A DNA stretch of 62,396 nucleotides, filler included, from Reclinomonas americana ATCC 50394 (lineage: Eukaryota): assembly GCA_048213135.1 (NCBI GenBank). It is 4 parts of 2 records of this genome, joined end to end, with 100 filler letters (N's around TTAATTAATTAA, not from the genome) between each part and the next. Parts side by side here need not be neighbours in the genome. Positions count along the whole stretch, not along the records: positions 21,058 to 51,891 come from PS015082.1; positions 51,992 to 57,233 come from PS015082.1; positions 57,334 to 62,396 come from PS015082.1; 1 more part is not named here. One strand, 5' to 3'. Each line of letters begins with the position of its first letter. Positions within the stretch are counted from its first letter, which is position 1. The position numbers were made by a program, and so were the translations under genes. The notes under the pieces were generated by a model. The model was not told the origin of the DNA. It searched no databases and was given only the letters and a program-made list of their open reading frames with translations. Shown here piece by piece: positions 48,566 to 60,243 of the stretch.

Positions 48566-51382
48566 ATGGACTCGTTGGATCGCGGTCAGTTGTCTCTGTT
48601 GTATGCCGAGCTACATAGGCCTCGTCTTATGCTGGTGTATTGTGTGTGGAATAGCGATGAGACGTGTCTGCGTCGGTTGCCGACGCAGAGCAGTGTGGAG
48701 TTTGCGGGCGACACTGGTGGAGGTAGTGCCAGTGTGTCGATCAAGCTGCCGGTGACGTTTGAGCAGGTGTTGCAGCTCATGACGCGACTGTGCATTGAGA
48801 TCTTGCGAGGGAACGTGACGGCGGTCGATGATGAGAGCGCGCTGGTGAGCGATGACGACGATGACGATGATGGTGGGCTGAGTACGGGCACTGCCGATGC
48901 GTTGCCAGTGGCGCACAAGTCGGCCGGTCGAGGCCTGTCTCTCGACTTGCCTCTGGTGGCGCAGGAGACCGACGACACGGCAGGTACGACAGGCGATCGT
49001 GGCAGGCCTTGAGTGTGCACGCACTGATTCCCTTGCATGCCGCAGATCCACGAATGTTGAACATGCTGGCGCAGTACAAGTCGCTCGACTCGCTGTTGCA
49101 CGAGTCGACCATTGAGGCGCACAAGATCTTGGCCTCGTATCGCCGCTTCCGCGACTTGGACAAGCCTTTTCTTGACGACGAACTGGACGCCGTGCTCATG
49201 TGCCTGCGCGAAGCCGAAGAGTTTCTCGGCGAGTGCGAGAGCGAGCTACAGGAGGGCATCGACATTGTCGATCGCAGTCTAGGCGACGAGAGCAAGCTGT
49301 CTCTGTTCTGGGAGCACATTGATGCGCGGCTGGTGGCGGGCTACGAGCGTGAGCCGTGGGATTTCAACGCCTTTCATCGCGACTACGAGGGTGCGATGCA
49401 AAAGGCGCTGGAGAGGCTCAGTGTGGATGTGCGTTTTGTTTGTTGCTGTTGTTGACTCTGTTTGTAACAGTGCTGACATTGGGGGTGCAGGTCAAGGAGG
49501 TGACTTACCGGAAAGATGTCACCAAGGCGCTCAAGGCGCTCGGACCCGGACTGCATCGTTTCCAAGCCGTGTACAGGGCCAACACGCAGCAAGGTGTGGG
49601 CGCGCACATTGGCGCAAATGTGGGAGATTTTCGCAACTCAGATCTTGTTGATGCGCAGAGCTGCGTCTGCGAGCCATTTGCATCCCGATTGGCGCCGACG
49701 GGACCAACACCGTCAAGGACATTGATCGGAATGTGATGCAGCTGGATGCCTGGATTCAGCTCGTGTTGTCGCCGCTTGTGCCGTCGTACCGAGGATCATG
49801 TGCGAACTTTCCGCCCCTCTATCACACCTTCTTTGTCGAGGAGACCAAGGTGCGATTGTTCTCTGTTCGTCTGGCGACTGGACGTATAATAATCGTGCGC
49901 GCGATCGCAGGGGCTGACCCTGTACGAGTTTGTGTCGCGCTGTGGCCACATGAGAGAGGACCGCCTCTTCCGGTACTGGTGTGGCAAGATATTGCACGCC
50001 ATGTGGGTGCGTGTACGCTTGTGTTTAGCACGGTGCGCGTGCCTGTGAAACTGATGTTCGTGGCCGCAGGATTTGTATCGCATGACGTCGTACACGGTGG
50101 TGGAGGAGGTGTTTCCTGAATGTTGCGTGCTGCACGATTTTTCTGCCCTCTGTTCCCCNNNNNNNNNNNNNNNNNNNNNNNNNNNNNNNNNNNNNNNNNN
50201 NNNNNNNNNNNNNNNNNNNNNNNNNNNNNNNNNNNNNNNNNNNNNNNNNNNNNNNNNNNNNNNNNNNNNNNNNNNNNNNNNNNNNNNNNNNNNNNNNNNN
50301 NNNNNNNNNNNNNNNNNNNNNNNNNNNNNNNNNNNNNNNNNNNNNNNNNNNNNNNNNNNNNNNNNNNNNNNNNNNNNNNNNNNNNNNNNNNNNNNNNNNN
50401 NNNNNNNNNNNNNNNNNNNNNNNNNNNNNNNNNNNNNNNNNNNNNNNNNNNNNNNNNNNNNNNNNNNNNNNNNNNNNNNNNNNNNNNNNNNNNNNNNNNN
50501 NNNNNNNNNNNNNNNNNNNNNNNNNNNNNNNNNNNNNNNNNNNNNNNNNNNNNNNNNNNNNNNNNNNNNNNNNNNNNNNNNNNNNNNNNNNNNNNNNNNN
50601 NNNNNNNNNNNNNNNNNNNNNNNNNNNNNNNNNNNNNNNNNNNNNNNNNNNNNNNNNNNNNNNNNNNNNNNNNNNNNNNTCAGGTTATTGATGTTGCGTT
50701 TTTTCCTCATCGAGCAATCCGTTGTCGCGCAACAACCATGTAATACCCGCGTGTGCAGCCACACGACCCCGACTTGCAGAGTATTCTGCGGGAGAAGCGC
50801 ATTTTCTTGCTGCGAAACTTTGCCCACCTCGCACTGTTCATGTTGGGAGCATCGCCGCGCGATGTGATCGACTCGGACGGGCAGGCGAGCAGCTCCGGTG
50901 TCGAGACGCTTCTCTCGTCGGCAGCCACGACGGCTCCTGCATCGGCGTTGCCGACACACCGCGCCCACGAGGGCATCTCCGAAGCCGAGGTGGCGTCGGC
51001 TCAAGTCAGTCGCGCAGGTGCAACTCTGACCGCTGCCGCGACGGCGGCGGCGGCGGCGACCACGGCCAGTGGCAGCGTCAAGATCTCGCCGACATTGTCG
51101 CACGTACTGCGCGCATGTCTGACTGCTGGCGCGGGAGAATCGCAGCCACCAGTGCACCGGGCCACTCGCATGCGCGGGCCGACACCAGTGGCCATGAGCA
51201 CGCTGGCCACGTCGCTCACCGCCGATGTCAACTTTCCACACCTCATGTCGCACGCGTACTTTTTGACGGCCGACCAGACTGCGCCACCGACTGGCTCACG
51301 CACACTCTTTGCCGACACGTTTGGCGGCCTGTGGAACTCGTACATTGAGAAGGGCAACGGTGGCTCTGTGGACGACTACTGA
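48566..51382 (+). CDS. Unknown protein with helical N-terminal part and a divergent kinase-like C-terminal half (gap inside)
   Basis: In-frame spliced exons. FFVEETK|GLTLYEFVSRCGHMRED and ISPTLSHVLRACL...PHLMSHAYF resemble kinase subdomains V and XI. The catalytic-loop region falls in or next to the 50159-50679 gap. Confidence 0.5.
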
Positions 51383-51631
51383 GCAGAATGTTGTATCGTC
51401 GAGGAGCAGAGGTGGCCAAGGACGACGGCCATTCGCAGTGCGCCTCCCGAGGACTGGTGCGGAGACTGGAAACACAACAACAACAACAGTCCGCATCACA
51501 ACAACAAGCGTCCTCAAGAGACAAAAAGAGGCGTGTATTTTTTCTTGTTTAGTTTGGTCCAAGCTACGAGGCGAGCAAGCCGAGTGCGGTGATCACTGGA
51601 GTGAAGATGCACTGCTGCGCACCAGGGTTGT

Positions 51632-52894
51632 TTACTTCTTCTGCTCCTGACCCTGCGTTAAATCGGCGATGGCTGTAAGCACTCAAGCGAGAACACAGTG
51701 CACACGTAACACGCCACACAATCACCCACCTTGTTCTTCTTGCCACCCTGCTTGGGCTGAGGTGCTGGCGACGCGGCCGGGGACTGCGGCGGCTTCTGCT
51801 GCTGCTGCTGCGGCTTGCCTTGCTTGCCCTGCTTGCCACCCTTCTCACCCTGAGGGGCGGGCGAGGCAGCCGGAGACTGCGGCGGCTTCTGNNNNNNNNN
51901 NNNNNNNNNNNNNNNNNNNNNNNNNNNNNNNNNNNTTAATTAATTAANNNNNNNNNNNNNNNNNNNNNNNNNNNNNNNNNNNNNNNNNNNNAGCCGGAGC
52001 CTGCTGCTGCTGCTGCGGCTTGCCTTGCTTGCCCTGCTTGCCACCCTTCTCGCCATTGGCCGCCGGAGCCGCCTGCTTGGCCTCCTGCTTCACCGCCTTC
52101 TGCGGCGGCTCGCCCTCCTGCGGCTTGCCCGACGCTGCCCTCTTCTTGCCAGCCGCAGGCTTCTCCTCCTCGCTGCTGCTGCTGTCGTCGTCATCGTCCA
52201 GATCCATCTCATCATCGTCAGAGAACTCATCCTCCTCCTCGCCCTCCTCACCGAAACCACTACACTACAAGTCAGCTCACGGACAATCAATCATGCATCC
52301 TTGCAATGAAAAACGCAACAGCTCCTCGACTGAGGCCTCGTAGTAGCCAGTCAGGTGCACAGTGCCGTTGCCACTGACGCTGAAGCTGACCTCGCTGCCC
52401 TCGCTAAAGACGACATTCAGAGGCACGTTCTCGCACAGGCCCGTCTTGAAGTTGGCCAGCACAAACTTGTCCTCGTTGATCGACACGTACAGCGTCGAGC
52501 GCTCGTTGGCCGGCGACTTGGGATCAAGCGCCGCCTGCATACGCAAAAAAGAAGAGAGAGAAAAAAAAGTTGGTCTTTGGAAAGAAAATGCAAACGTGGT
52601 GCACATGCACATGTGCACGAGACAACCACTTTTTTTCTGTTTTTTCTTTTCTCTCTCTCTCTCTCTCGCACATGCAGTCTCTCGCTTCAGCACATGCACG
52701 TACCTGAGTAACGCGGAGACTTGCGCCTGTGCATGCGCAAAGAAACATGATAAAAGTCAGTCGTTGTTTTTCTCTCTCTCTCCGCATTGCACTCGCTCGT
52801 TGTGTAAAAGCAACGCACCCTGCGGCACCTCCGACGCGAACGACTTCTTGGGGGCGATCTCCAGCCCGAAGAACTGCACTGGTTCCATATGCAT
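51632..52894 (-). CDS. Nucleoplasmin-like (NPL) domain histone chaperone, HD2/FKBP-NPL type, no PPIase domain visible
   Basis: QFFGLEIAP, LRVTQAAL, KFVLANF, LNVVFSEGSEVSFSVSGNGTVHLTGYY, then an acidic tract and a K/Q-rich tail ending GQEQKK*. Confidence 0.85.
51936..51947. other. Artificial scaffold linker TTAATTAATTAA
   Basis: N-flanked 12-mer in the middle of the NPL gene. Confidence 0.95.
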
Positions 52895-53192
52895 GGTGGA
52901 CACTGAAAAACTGTGAATGTGAGAGAGAGAGAGAGAGAGAGAGGAGGAGAGAGGAAGGAAGAGAGAGGAAGACAGTGAGAATGCACGATGGTATGCAAGA
53001 GGGTGCAGACGCTTGGTGCTGGCACGCAACAACAAGAAAAAACTGTGGTGGGACGCATGACAACATGCAACTTTCATGTACATTTCTTTTCCCCTTTCTC
53101 CTTCTTTTTCTGCAAAACAAACATACAAGGCAACACATGCAAACTGCAACAACAACAAAGAAATACAAACAAACACATGTACACAAAGCGGA

Positions 53193-56100
53193 TCACATCG
53201 ACTGCAAGTGAAGTCGCAAGGTGGTCAGTATGTGATCGCGAAGTGCCGTGGCCGAGTCACTGGTGGTGCTGATGGTGAGCTGGCGAACTGCTACGTGACT
53301 GGAGGGCCCGTTCTTGGCCGATGTATTGACGCCGCGGATGCGAATGGCCGGCACCGAGTGGTGCGCGCCGGGCGAGTCCAGTGACAGTGCTGGTGCGCCG
53401 GTGACGTACTCGAGCAGCAATCGCAGTTCGTCGTCGCTCAGCATGCACATGAGTACGTGCTGCACCATGGCCGGGTCCGGCACGTTGTCGTAGGTCAGCG
53501 CGGCCACCAGTGACGCGCGATCAATAGTCTCCTCCGGCGACAGCAGCATCATCCACTCTCGCGGTCCCATCGCGACCGCCACCGAGCGACGCACCGAAGC
53601 GTCCAGTGTGTTGAGGCAGCGCAGCGTGAGACCCTCGCGAATGAAGTCAAAGGCCGCCAAGCGTCCGTGACCGCCCAGCTTGGACACGATAATGGCGCAC
53701 ACCAGGCGTGCTCGGCCCACTAATGTCGTGTCGGCCACGTCTGCGAGGCAGCCATCAGTCAGTTCCCTTTTCTTTTTCTCGTGGACACATGCCACGAACT
53801 CGACTCACCTGGCATGCCACACGCGCCGTACAAGCTGCCGTCAATGGCCTCCACCAGCGCCTCCGGCACCGGTGTGTTGGACGAAGCCAAAAGGGCGCGC
53901 ATGGTACGCGCCTCGTCGGTGCTCACCAGCTGCCACGTTGCCAGCAGCCGCTCGGCGCGATCGACCACCTGTGCATCGGGAACGCGGTTGTCTTCGCAGG
54001 CACGGCGCAGCCAGGAGTGCGCTGCAGTAGTCGCAACACTCTCGGTCGACAAGCAAACGGAGAGCGGGTACAGAACACGAGACGCAACGCGCAAGCATAT
54101 CCCACAGGATCGGCAGTCGCAGGAACGATGGAACACACTTGTCGCACTCGACACAGAGTGCCAGCAAGTGGCCGAGCGTGACGAGAATCCTGCACCACGC
54201 ATGCACAGTGAGCACACAGTGACTCAAGGCACGAACAGAAGCGTGCGTACCGTTGACACGAGACGAGTTCCGGGCATCCGAGGCCATTGATGGCGCGCGG
54301 CAACACCACAGTGTCACTGAACACCTCAAAGGCGACGGTTCCCCAGCACACTGCACGACAGAACTACGCGCGGACGCGACTGCACGTCAGTCTCGGCGAC
54401 GTGCACGAACAACTAACTGCTGCGACAACGAACCGGGCCAATCACGTCCACCAGACGACCGGGCTTGCTGACCGCGCCAGCGACACCGTTGTTCTCGAGA
54501 AACTCGACACGCATGAATCGGTTCCACTTGTCCGGTGGGCAGCTGCTGTCGGCCCCGCCAGCCAGCAAGTCGGTGACCAGGTGTGTGCGTCGTACCAGCA
54601 GCACGGCCTAACGGGTACGGAAAACCAAAAAAATCAATGAGAAAGCGAGCACGGCCGAGCAGCGAGGTGCGACGACTCACCGGCTCCTTGTCGGCGCACA
54701 AATGCCGCTGTCGCCTCTGTGCATTGATAATGTTGTGTCGAATGTCCCTGCATGCACACACACACACTCTCCTTAAGCAACATGATCCAAAGAAAGTACG
54801 AGGTGACTCGTGCACACACCACACAAGCTCTGCTGGTGGCCGACTGGTGGCGCCGCGGAACAGACTGGAGGCCTGAACTCGACACGGCGCAAAGTATGGG
54901 TGGCACAGCGCTTCGACTGCCGACGGACGTTCCGTTGCATCGTCGTTCATCTGCACAACATTGTCAGCAACAAAGAGAGAGATACAGTAGTAAAGAAAAA
55001 AACACGACTCACCAGCGACTGGGTCAGGCAGTTAAAGGGCTCCGTGAGCGACGCAAAGCCGTAGCGCGGAATCGTGGTGGCGTCGACGCCGGTCAGTGAG
55101 CGATACAGGATGCAACCAAAGGCCTTCATGTCATCGGCTGGGTGCGCGTGTACCAAGTGAGTAACACAGCAAGCAACCAGACGAGAGGAAAAGGCCGACG
55201 TACCACCGCCCCTGACATCAAACGCCCTCATCCGAGCGAGCTCAACCATGAGCACCGGCACGTCGCTGTGCTCTTGCACAACAATCGAATCGCACGAGAG
55301 CGCTCCGTGGCACACCTCGGCTTGATGCAAGGCACGCAAGCCCTGCAGAGGTGTGCCAAGCGAGTGAGCGGCTTTGTGGTAGCAAGAATGGACGAGCACA
55401 CAATGCACCTGCAGGATCATGAACAGCACGTTGCGGACGTCACGCTCCCGTCGATCGCGCATGGCAAGCCATTCGCTCAACAGCTTTCCCTTCGGCTTCG
55501 ACATCTGCGCGAACAGCAGACCCTTGGCCTCGTCCTCACAGAAAATCGCCTCGACGCGTTGCACGTAAGGACTGTGCACCTGCAAACAAGAAGACGACCA
55601 TCAGTGCCCTCAGCCGTCAATTCCCAGCACATGCGGCTGGCCACACGCACCGCAGTCAGCGAGCCAATCAGTTGCCACAGTTGGAGGCTGTATTCGCCAG
55701 CGGATGCGTTGTCGCCAACCGCCATGCGCTGGAGAATGTGGTGCGTCCGATTGTGCTTGTGTCTGCACGTGGAGCAAGAAGGAGAGAGGGGAAATGAGTG
55801 AGATGGCAGCAGTGCGGTGAGAGGGAGGTGGGCGCGCGACACACGTGGCCGGGAAGAGAGCGCGATTCACAGAACCGCTGCACGCGTCAAAGTCGCGCAG
55901 ACGTCGACCATCGCGGAAATACGACAGGAGACGGCGAGGGACCAGCTGACGTGCCTGCGAGACTGTCAAATCAGCAAAGGCAGCACCTTCCCCCCCTTGC
56001 GCGGTGCGTGAGCGTACCTTGGCGTCCCACGAGAAGCGCAGTTGCATTTCCGGCAACGCCTGGCCATGTTGCTCGAGCAACTCGTGGACCACGCATTCCA

Positions 56101-57233
56101 GCTGTCGCACCTCGTCCTCGGCCGCCTGCAGCGCCTGCTCAGCCGCCATGGTGGTCGCACGGAGCGAACGTAGGTCGTCGAGAGACGAAGATGTTGCGTG
56201 CGCGGCTTTCGCGAAATGGCCCTGTCAGGAGGAGGTCAGCAGCAGAGGCACAAGAAACAATAATACACAAGTGTGGGAGGAGCACACCTCGCTCTCCTGC
56301 ACGGTGAAGCGCTGCATGGCAGCACGACGTCGTTTCAACTGCAACTCGTTGGTCAACTGTGTCGCCCGTTCGTGCAAGCTAACAGCGGTGCTGAACTGGT
56401 CGGCCAGGCAGGCATACTCGTCAAGCAGCATGGCCGTGTTCATCGACCGTCCCTGTTTACCACCACAGAAGCGAATCAGCAACTGAAAATCTCAACGAAA
56501 ACACCGAAGCGAGTGCACGCAACAAATGTCAGCGACGCAGTCGACGAGATCGACGAGTGCATGGATCCATTCTCAAAGTCGCGGTCTTGAGCCGGGAAGG
56601 GAGAGAGCGGCACAGAGGGTGTGTATCGCTTCGGCGGCGTGCGAATGGACACGAGATCTGCGAGCACGCAATCCAGTCATCACCTGTTGACAACTTTTCA
56701 AATAGACAAAGAGACGTACCCGCATTTAAGGGCGACGGTGACTGCAAGTATGGGAGGATGCGGGCGTGCTCGGCAACGTCCTGCAGACGAGCCAAAGCCT
56801 TGCGGAAGCAAACATTACGCTCGGCCACCATTGCGCCCAGTCGATCGCTCCAGCTGCACGACGCACGAGTCAGTAATCCTCCAAACGCACCAAGCAGGAC
56901 GTGATTTAATTCACCACACACTCGTGTCGACGAGTTCGTGCACCTCGCGCGCCCTGGCGTTGGCAAACTCCACATCAGCCTCGGCCTGCTGTCGCAACAC
57001 CTCAAAGATGGGGTCCAGCTCCACACTGGCCGACAACTCAATTGGCTCCGTGAGCTGCGTCGAGTCAGTGACTCCATGGCAACGAGATGCACACAAATAA
57101 GAGAATCGCCACAAACCTCGCCAAACGAGGCCACCGGCTCTGTTGGCAGCGGCAGGCCGTTGTCAAGCAGGTCTTGCGACGACGCAAAAATATCGGGGGA
57201 AGGGTTCTGCGGCACATGCCGGTGATGGTGCCC
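53193..57233 (-). CDS. Coiled-coil + pseudokinase + catalytically dead HECT fusion protein; 5' end cut at linker
   Basis: Kinase-like VHSPYVQRVEAIF, ILQGLRALHQAEVCHGALSCDSIVV, DDMKAFGCILY, ERPSAVEALCHPYF. HECT-like LVRRTHLVTDLL...RVEFLENNG, TLGHLLALCV, LRLLLEYVTG, GPSSHVAVRQLTI. Confidence 0.75.
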
Positions 57234-57277
57234 NNNNNNNNNNNNNNNNNNNNNNNNNNNNNNNNNNNNNNNNNNNN

Positions 57278-57289
57278 TTAATTAATTAA
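57278..57289. other. Artificial scaffold linker TTAATTAATTAA
   Basis: N-flanked 12-mer. Confidence 0.95.
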
Positions 57290-57391
57290 NNNNNNNNNNN
57301 NNNNNNNNNNNNNNNNNNNNNNNNNNNNNNNNNTATAGTGTGGAACAGAGAAAAAATGTACAAGCGTAGCACCATCCTACTGCTACTACGT

Positions 57392-60010
57392 TCAGTACTT
57401 GAATATCTGCACCGCCCACGCGGGCAAGAGCACAAACAGGCCACTGTCACGCATGGTGTGTGCGTCTCGCATGTACACGGCGTGCGTGAGGAGCTCGGTG
57501 ACTGCGATCTCGCCGTCGCCCGGTGCGTCGGCGAGGCGCACCGAGCCGTTGCCCTCGGCATCGGTGTAGTTGACAACGACGACGCGCCGCTCGTCGCGCA
57601 GCGTCCAGTGGAACACCAGCAGACGCCACGACAGACCTGCAGTGCGGTGTTGAGTGGCGCATGAGAAATCTCCTTTCTGTCGAGCATCACGCAACTCGAG
57701 TTGGAGGCCTGCAGTATGCTCCACTGGCCGTCACGGAACACCTCGTGATTCATGACGTGCAGGAGGGACTCGTAAAACGCCGCTGTCGGCTTGTGCGGCT
57801 CTTCGTGGTGGGCCCTCCTGCATTGCACCGTACATGAGGGGAAAGGGTCAAGGTGCTGCGAGAGGCAGGCTGCACTGCACCTCATATGCACACTCGGACG
57901 CCGCAAACGACCCTCCCACTGATGAGGCAGGGCGTAGCGAGTTAGCGGGTGGAGAAAGACGTAGTTAAAGGGATGGGTGCAACGCAACTTGGCCAGCGTA
58001 GTGGAAACGCAATCTGGCAACAAAATGAAATGAGCGTGAAGCGAAGCACGACTGCGGGAAAGCACTGCCCACTCACCCAGGAACAGCGTAGCTGACGACA
58101 GCAGCAGCATTGGCGCGCTCGTGAGAGTGAAAGTGGCGCGCAGCACGCGACTCATCGTGGTTCTCCACGACTGCCACACACGCACGTCTGAGTCAGTGGC
58201 ACGAGAACAGACGGCCGTTCCACGAGAAGCTCTCACGCAACAGTGGGCGGAGCGCGACAAGAATGGACGCGGACACAGCTCCAAATGCTCCATGATGCGA
58301 CGAATGTCGCCGCCAGAGAGACGGTCGTATAGTTCCTGTTCACACAAGGTTGAAACGTTGCACGACCACCGCCACCAACATCACCCACTCGCACCTTGTC
58401 GTACGTAAAGTCGAATCCCAGCTCCTGCAGCTGTGCGTCCTTGCCCCAGTAGACCTCGGCCTGCGGCAGACACTCATCAACATGGGGGAAAGGCACTGGC
58501 GTCGTCGGGCGAAAAAGACACACACCATGAACTTGAAGTGCGGATGAGCACGCTTGACTTCAGCCACTGCCGTGCCCCACCACTCCTCCGCCGGTCGCTT
58601 GTCTACGAGCGAGCACAAAGGAGAAAGGGGGTGAGGGAGATGCAACAGGGAGAGAAGGGAGAGAAGAGGAGGGGGGCGCGCGCACATCCCCAGCTGTGCA
58701 GATTGTCGCCCCACGTCTGCGATTCGTGTCAGACACACGACGTGCACAGAGGAGCAACACACACACACGCGCGCGAAGCACCTGCTGAATCACATCGTTG
58801 AGGAGGAGCATGGCCATGTCGCAACGCACTCCCTGCATCGCCAACAAGTCAGCTTTCGTGCAAAGCAGACACATTACGCGCTGCCACGCACATCGCATAG
58901 GGTGGCCACACGAAGCAGGTTGTGCAGCTGCTCCCGTCGCGCGTCTTCGTTCCAGTAGTTCCACTGCGCCGTATCACTGTCGCAAGAATTTGGCACCAAG
59001 CAAGCACAGAGAGCGCACTCGCGACACAACGCACGTCCATGATCCCGAGTACGGGTCCTTGCCATACGCAACACCGTTTGGCAAGTACTGCTCCGGATCG
59101 AACCTGAGAGAGCAACAAACATGAGAAAGAGTGACGCTCGACCGCATGCGCATCAGCACTGCACCACGCACGGTTCCTCCAAGTGAGCGGGCGCACGCAC
59201 AAAGTCTGCACGCCGCAGCAAAAAGAGTTACAGATCGCTTCCTCGCACGCTCACGAGAGCACGCAACACTCGGGATGCGAATCGACCAGTGGGCAATCAA
59301 TGGCGGCGTGATTCGGCACAAAGTCGAGCCACAGATGCTGCACTCCAGCAACTCAGCAGCAGCAGCAGCAGCAGTCAAGACACACACTGACACCAACCAT
59401 GCCCAGTGCATTGATGCGCCGTTTCAGCGACAACAGATCCTCCTCACTCCCAAACACCGCGTGCAGATGGTACTCGGTGATTGCAAACGGCGATCCGACA
59501 ATGTCAGGCATGCGATAGTCGGGAAGCAGCTCGCCATAGCCTTCAAAGCAAGACGCCGGAAACAAACACAAACGAAATTGAATGACAGACAACAATGAGA
59601 GTGGAATTGTTCATGTGTGCATATGTGTCACCGACCTTTGCGCAAGCTGGGGTCGGTGGAGCGATGCAAGCCCAGCACACCCGTCTGCCACACGCCCATC
59701 AACCAGATCACATCCACACCGCGATCGCCTGCAAAACGCGCACGAGTGAGTGACTGAAAGAAAGGAAGTGAGAGAGAGAGAGAGAGAGAGAGTCAGTGAT
59801 ACGCAACGCAATGCCTGCAGCTCTTCGTCGGGAAAGTCGGCCAGTGTGTGCCCATCGCCACCGAGTTGCTGATACAAGTACGGTCGAGCATTGATCTGTG
59901 CACACACAGAGGGTATGAGTGTGTGAGTGAGAGTGTGTGTCAGAGAGAAGGAGAGATACCTCAAACAGCGTGGGGTTGGCAGGCAGCGGTGCAAGCGCAG
60001 AGGAGGCCAT
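57392..60010 (-). CDS. GH13 alpha-amylase-family glycosidase, cytosolic, multi-exon
   Basis: FE|INAR, IWLMGVWQ, GSPFAITEY, LDFVPNH, GVRCDMAML (nucleophile), AEVYW (acid/base), ENHDESRA. No signal peptide. Ends AVQIFKY*. Confidence 0.92.
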
Positions 60011-60243
60011 CTTGCACGATCTTGCACGTTGCGTCCTGTGCACTCAACGTCGAGCATGCAGTGTTGTCTCTTGCGACAAGCAGCAGTGATGCAGGGGTAG
60101 TGTGTAATAGCAAGCACTCGTGCACTCTTTTCGCAGCTGCATGCACTGGGCGTATGATGCGGCATGCAAACTTCGCAAGCACAGTGTTCGGGGTCGATGT
60201 CGACCACAGTCAATTCATTTTTTCCGTCACTCTTTTGTGCGCA

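Noticed and set aside
51799-52050. Duplicated ~50 nt (EKGGKQGKQGKPQQQQQ) on both sides of a linker
   Set aside because: Cannot distinguish a real low-complexity protein repeat from contig-end overlap, so it is not reported as biological.
21002-57289. Palindromic TTAATTAATTAA occurring three times (possible piggyBac TTAA site or regulatory motif)
   Set aside because: Always centred in ~100 nt N blocks and gives stops in all six frames, so it is an assembly spacer.
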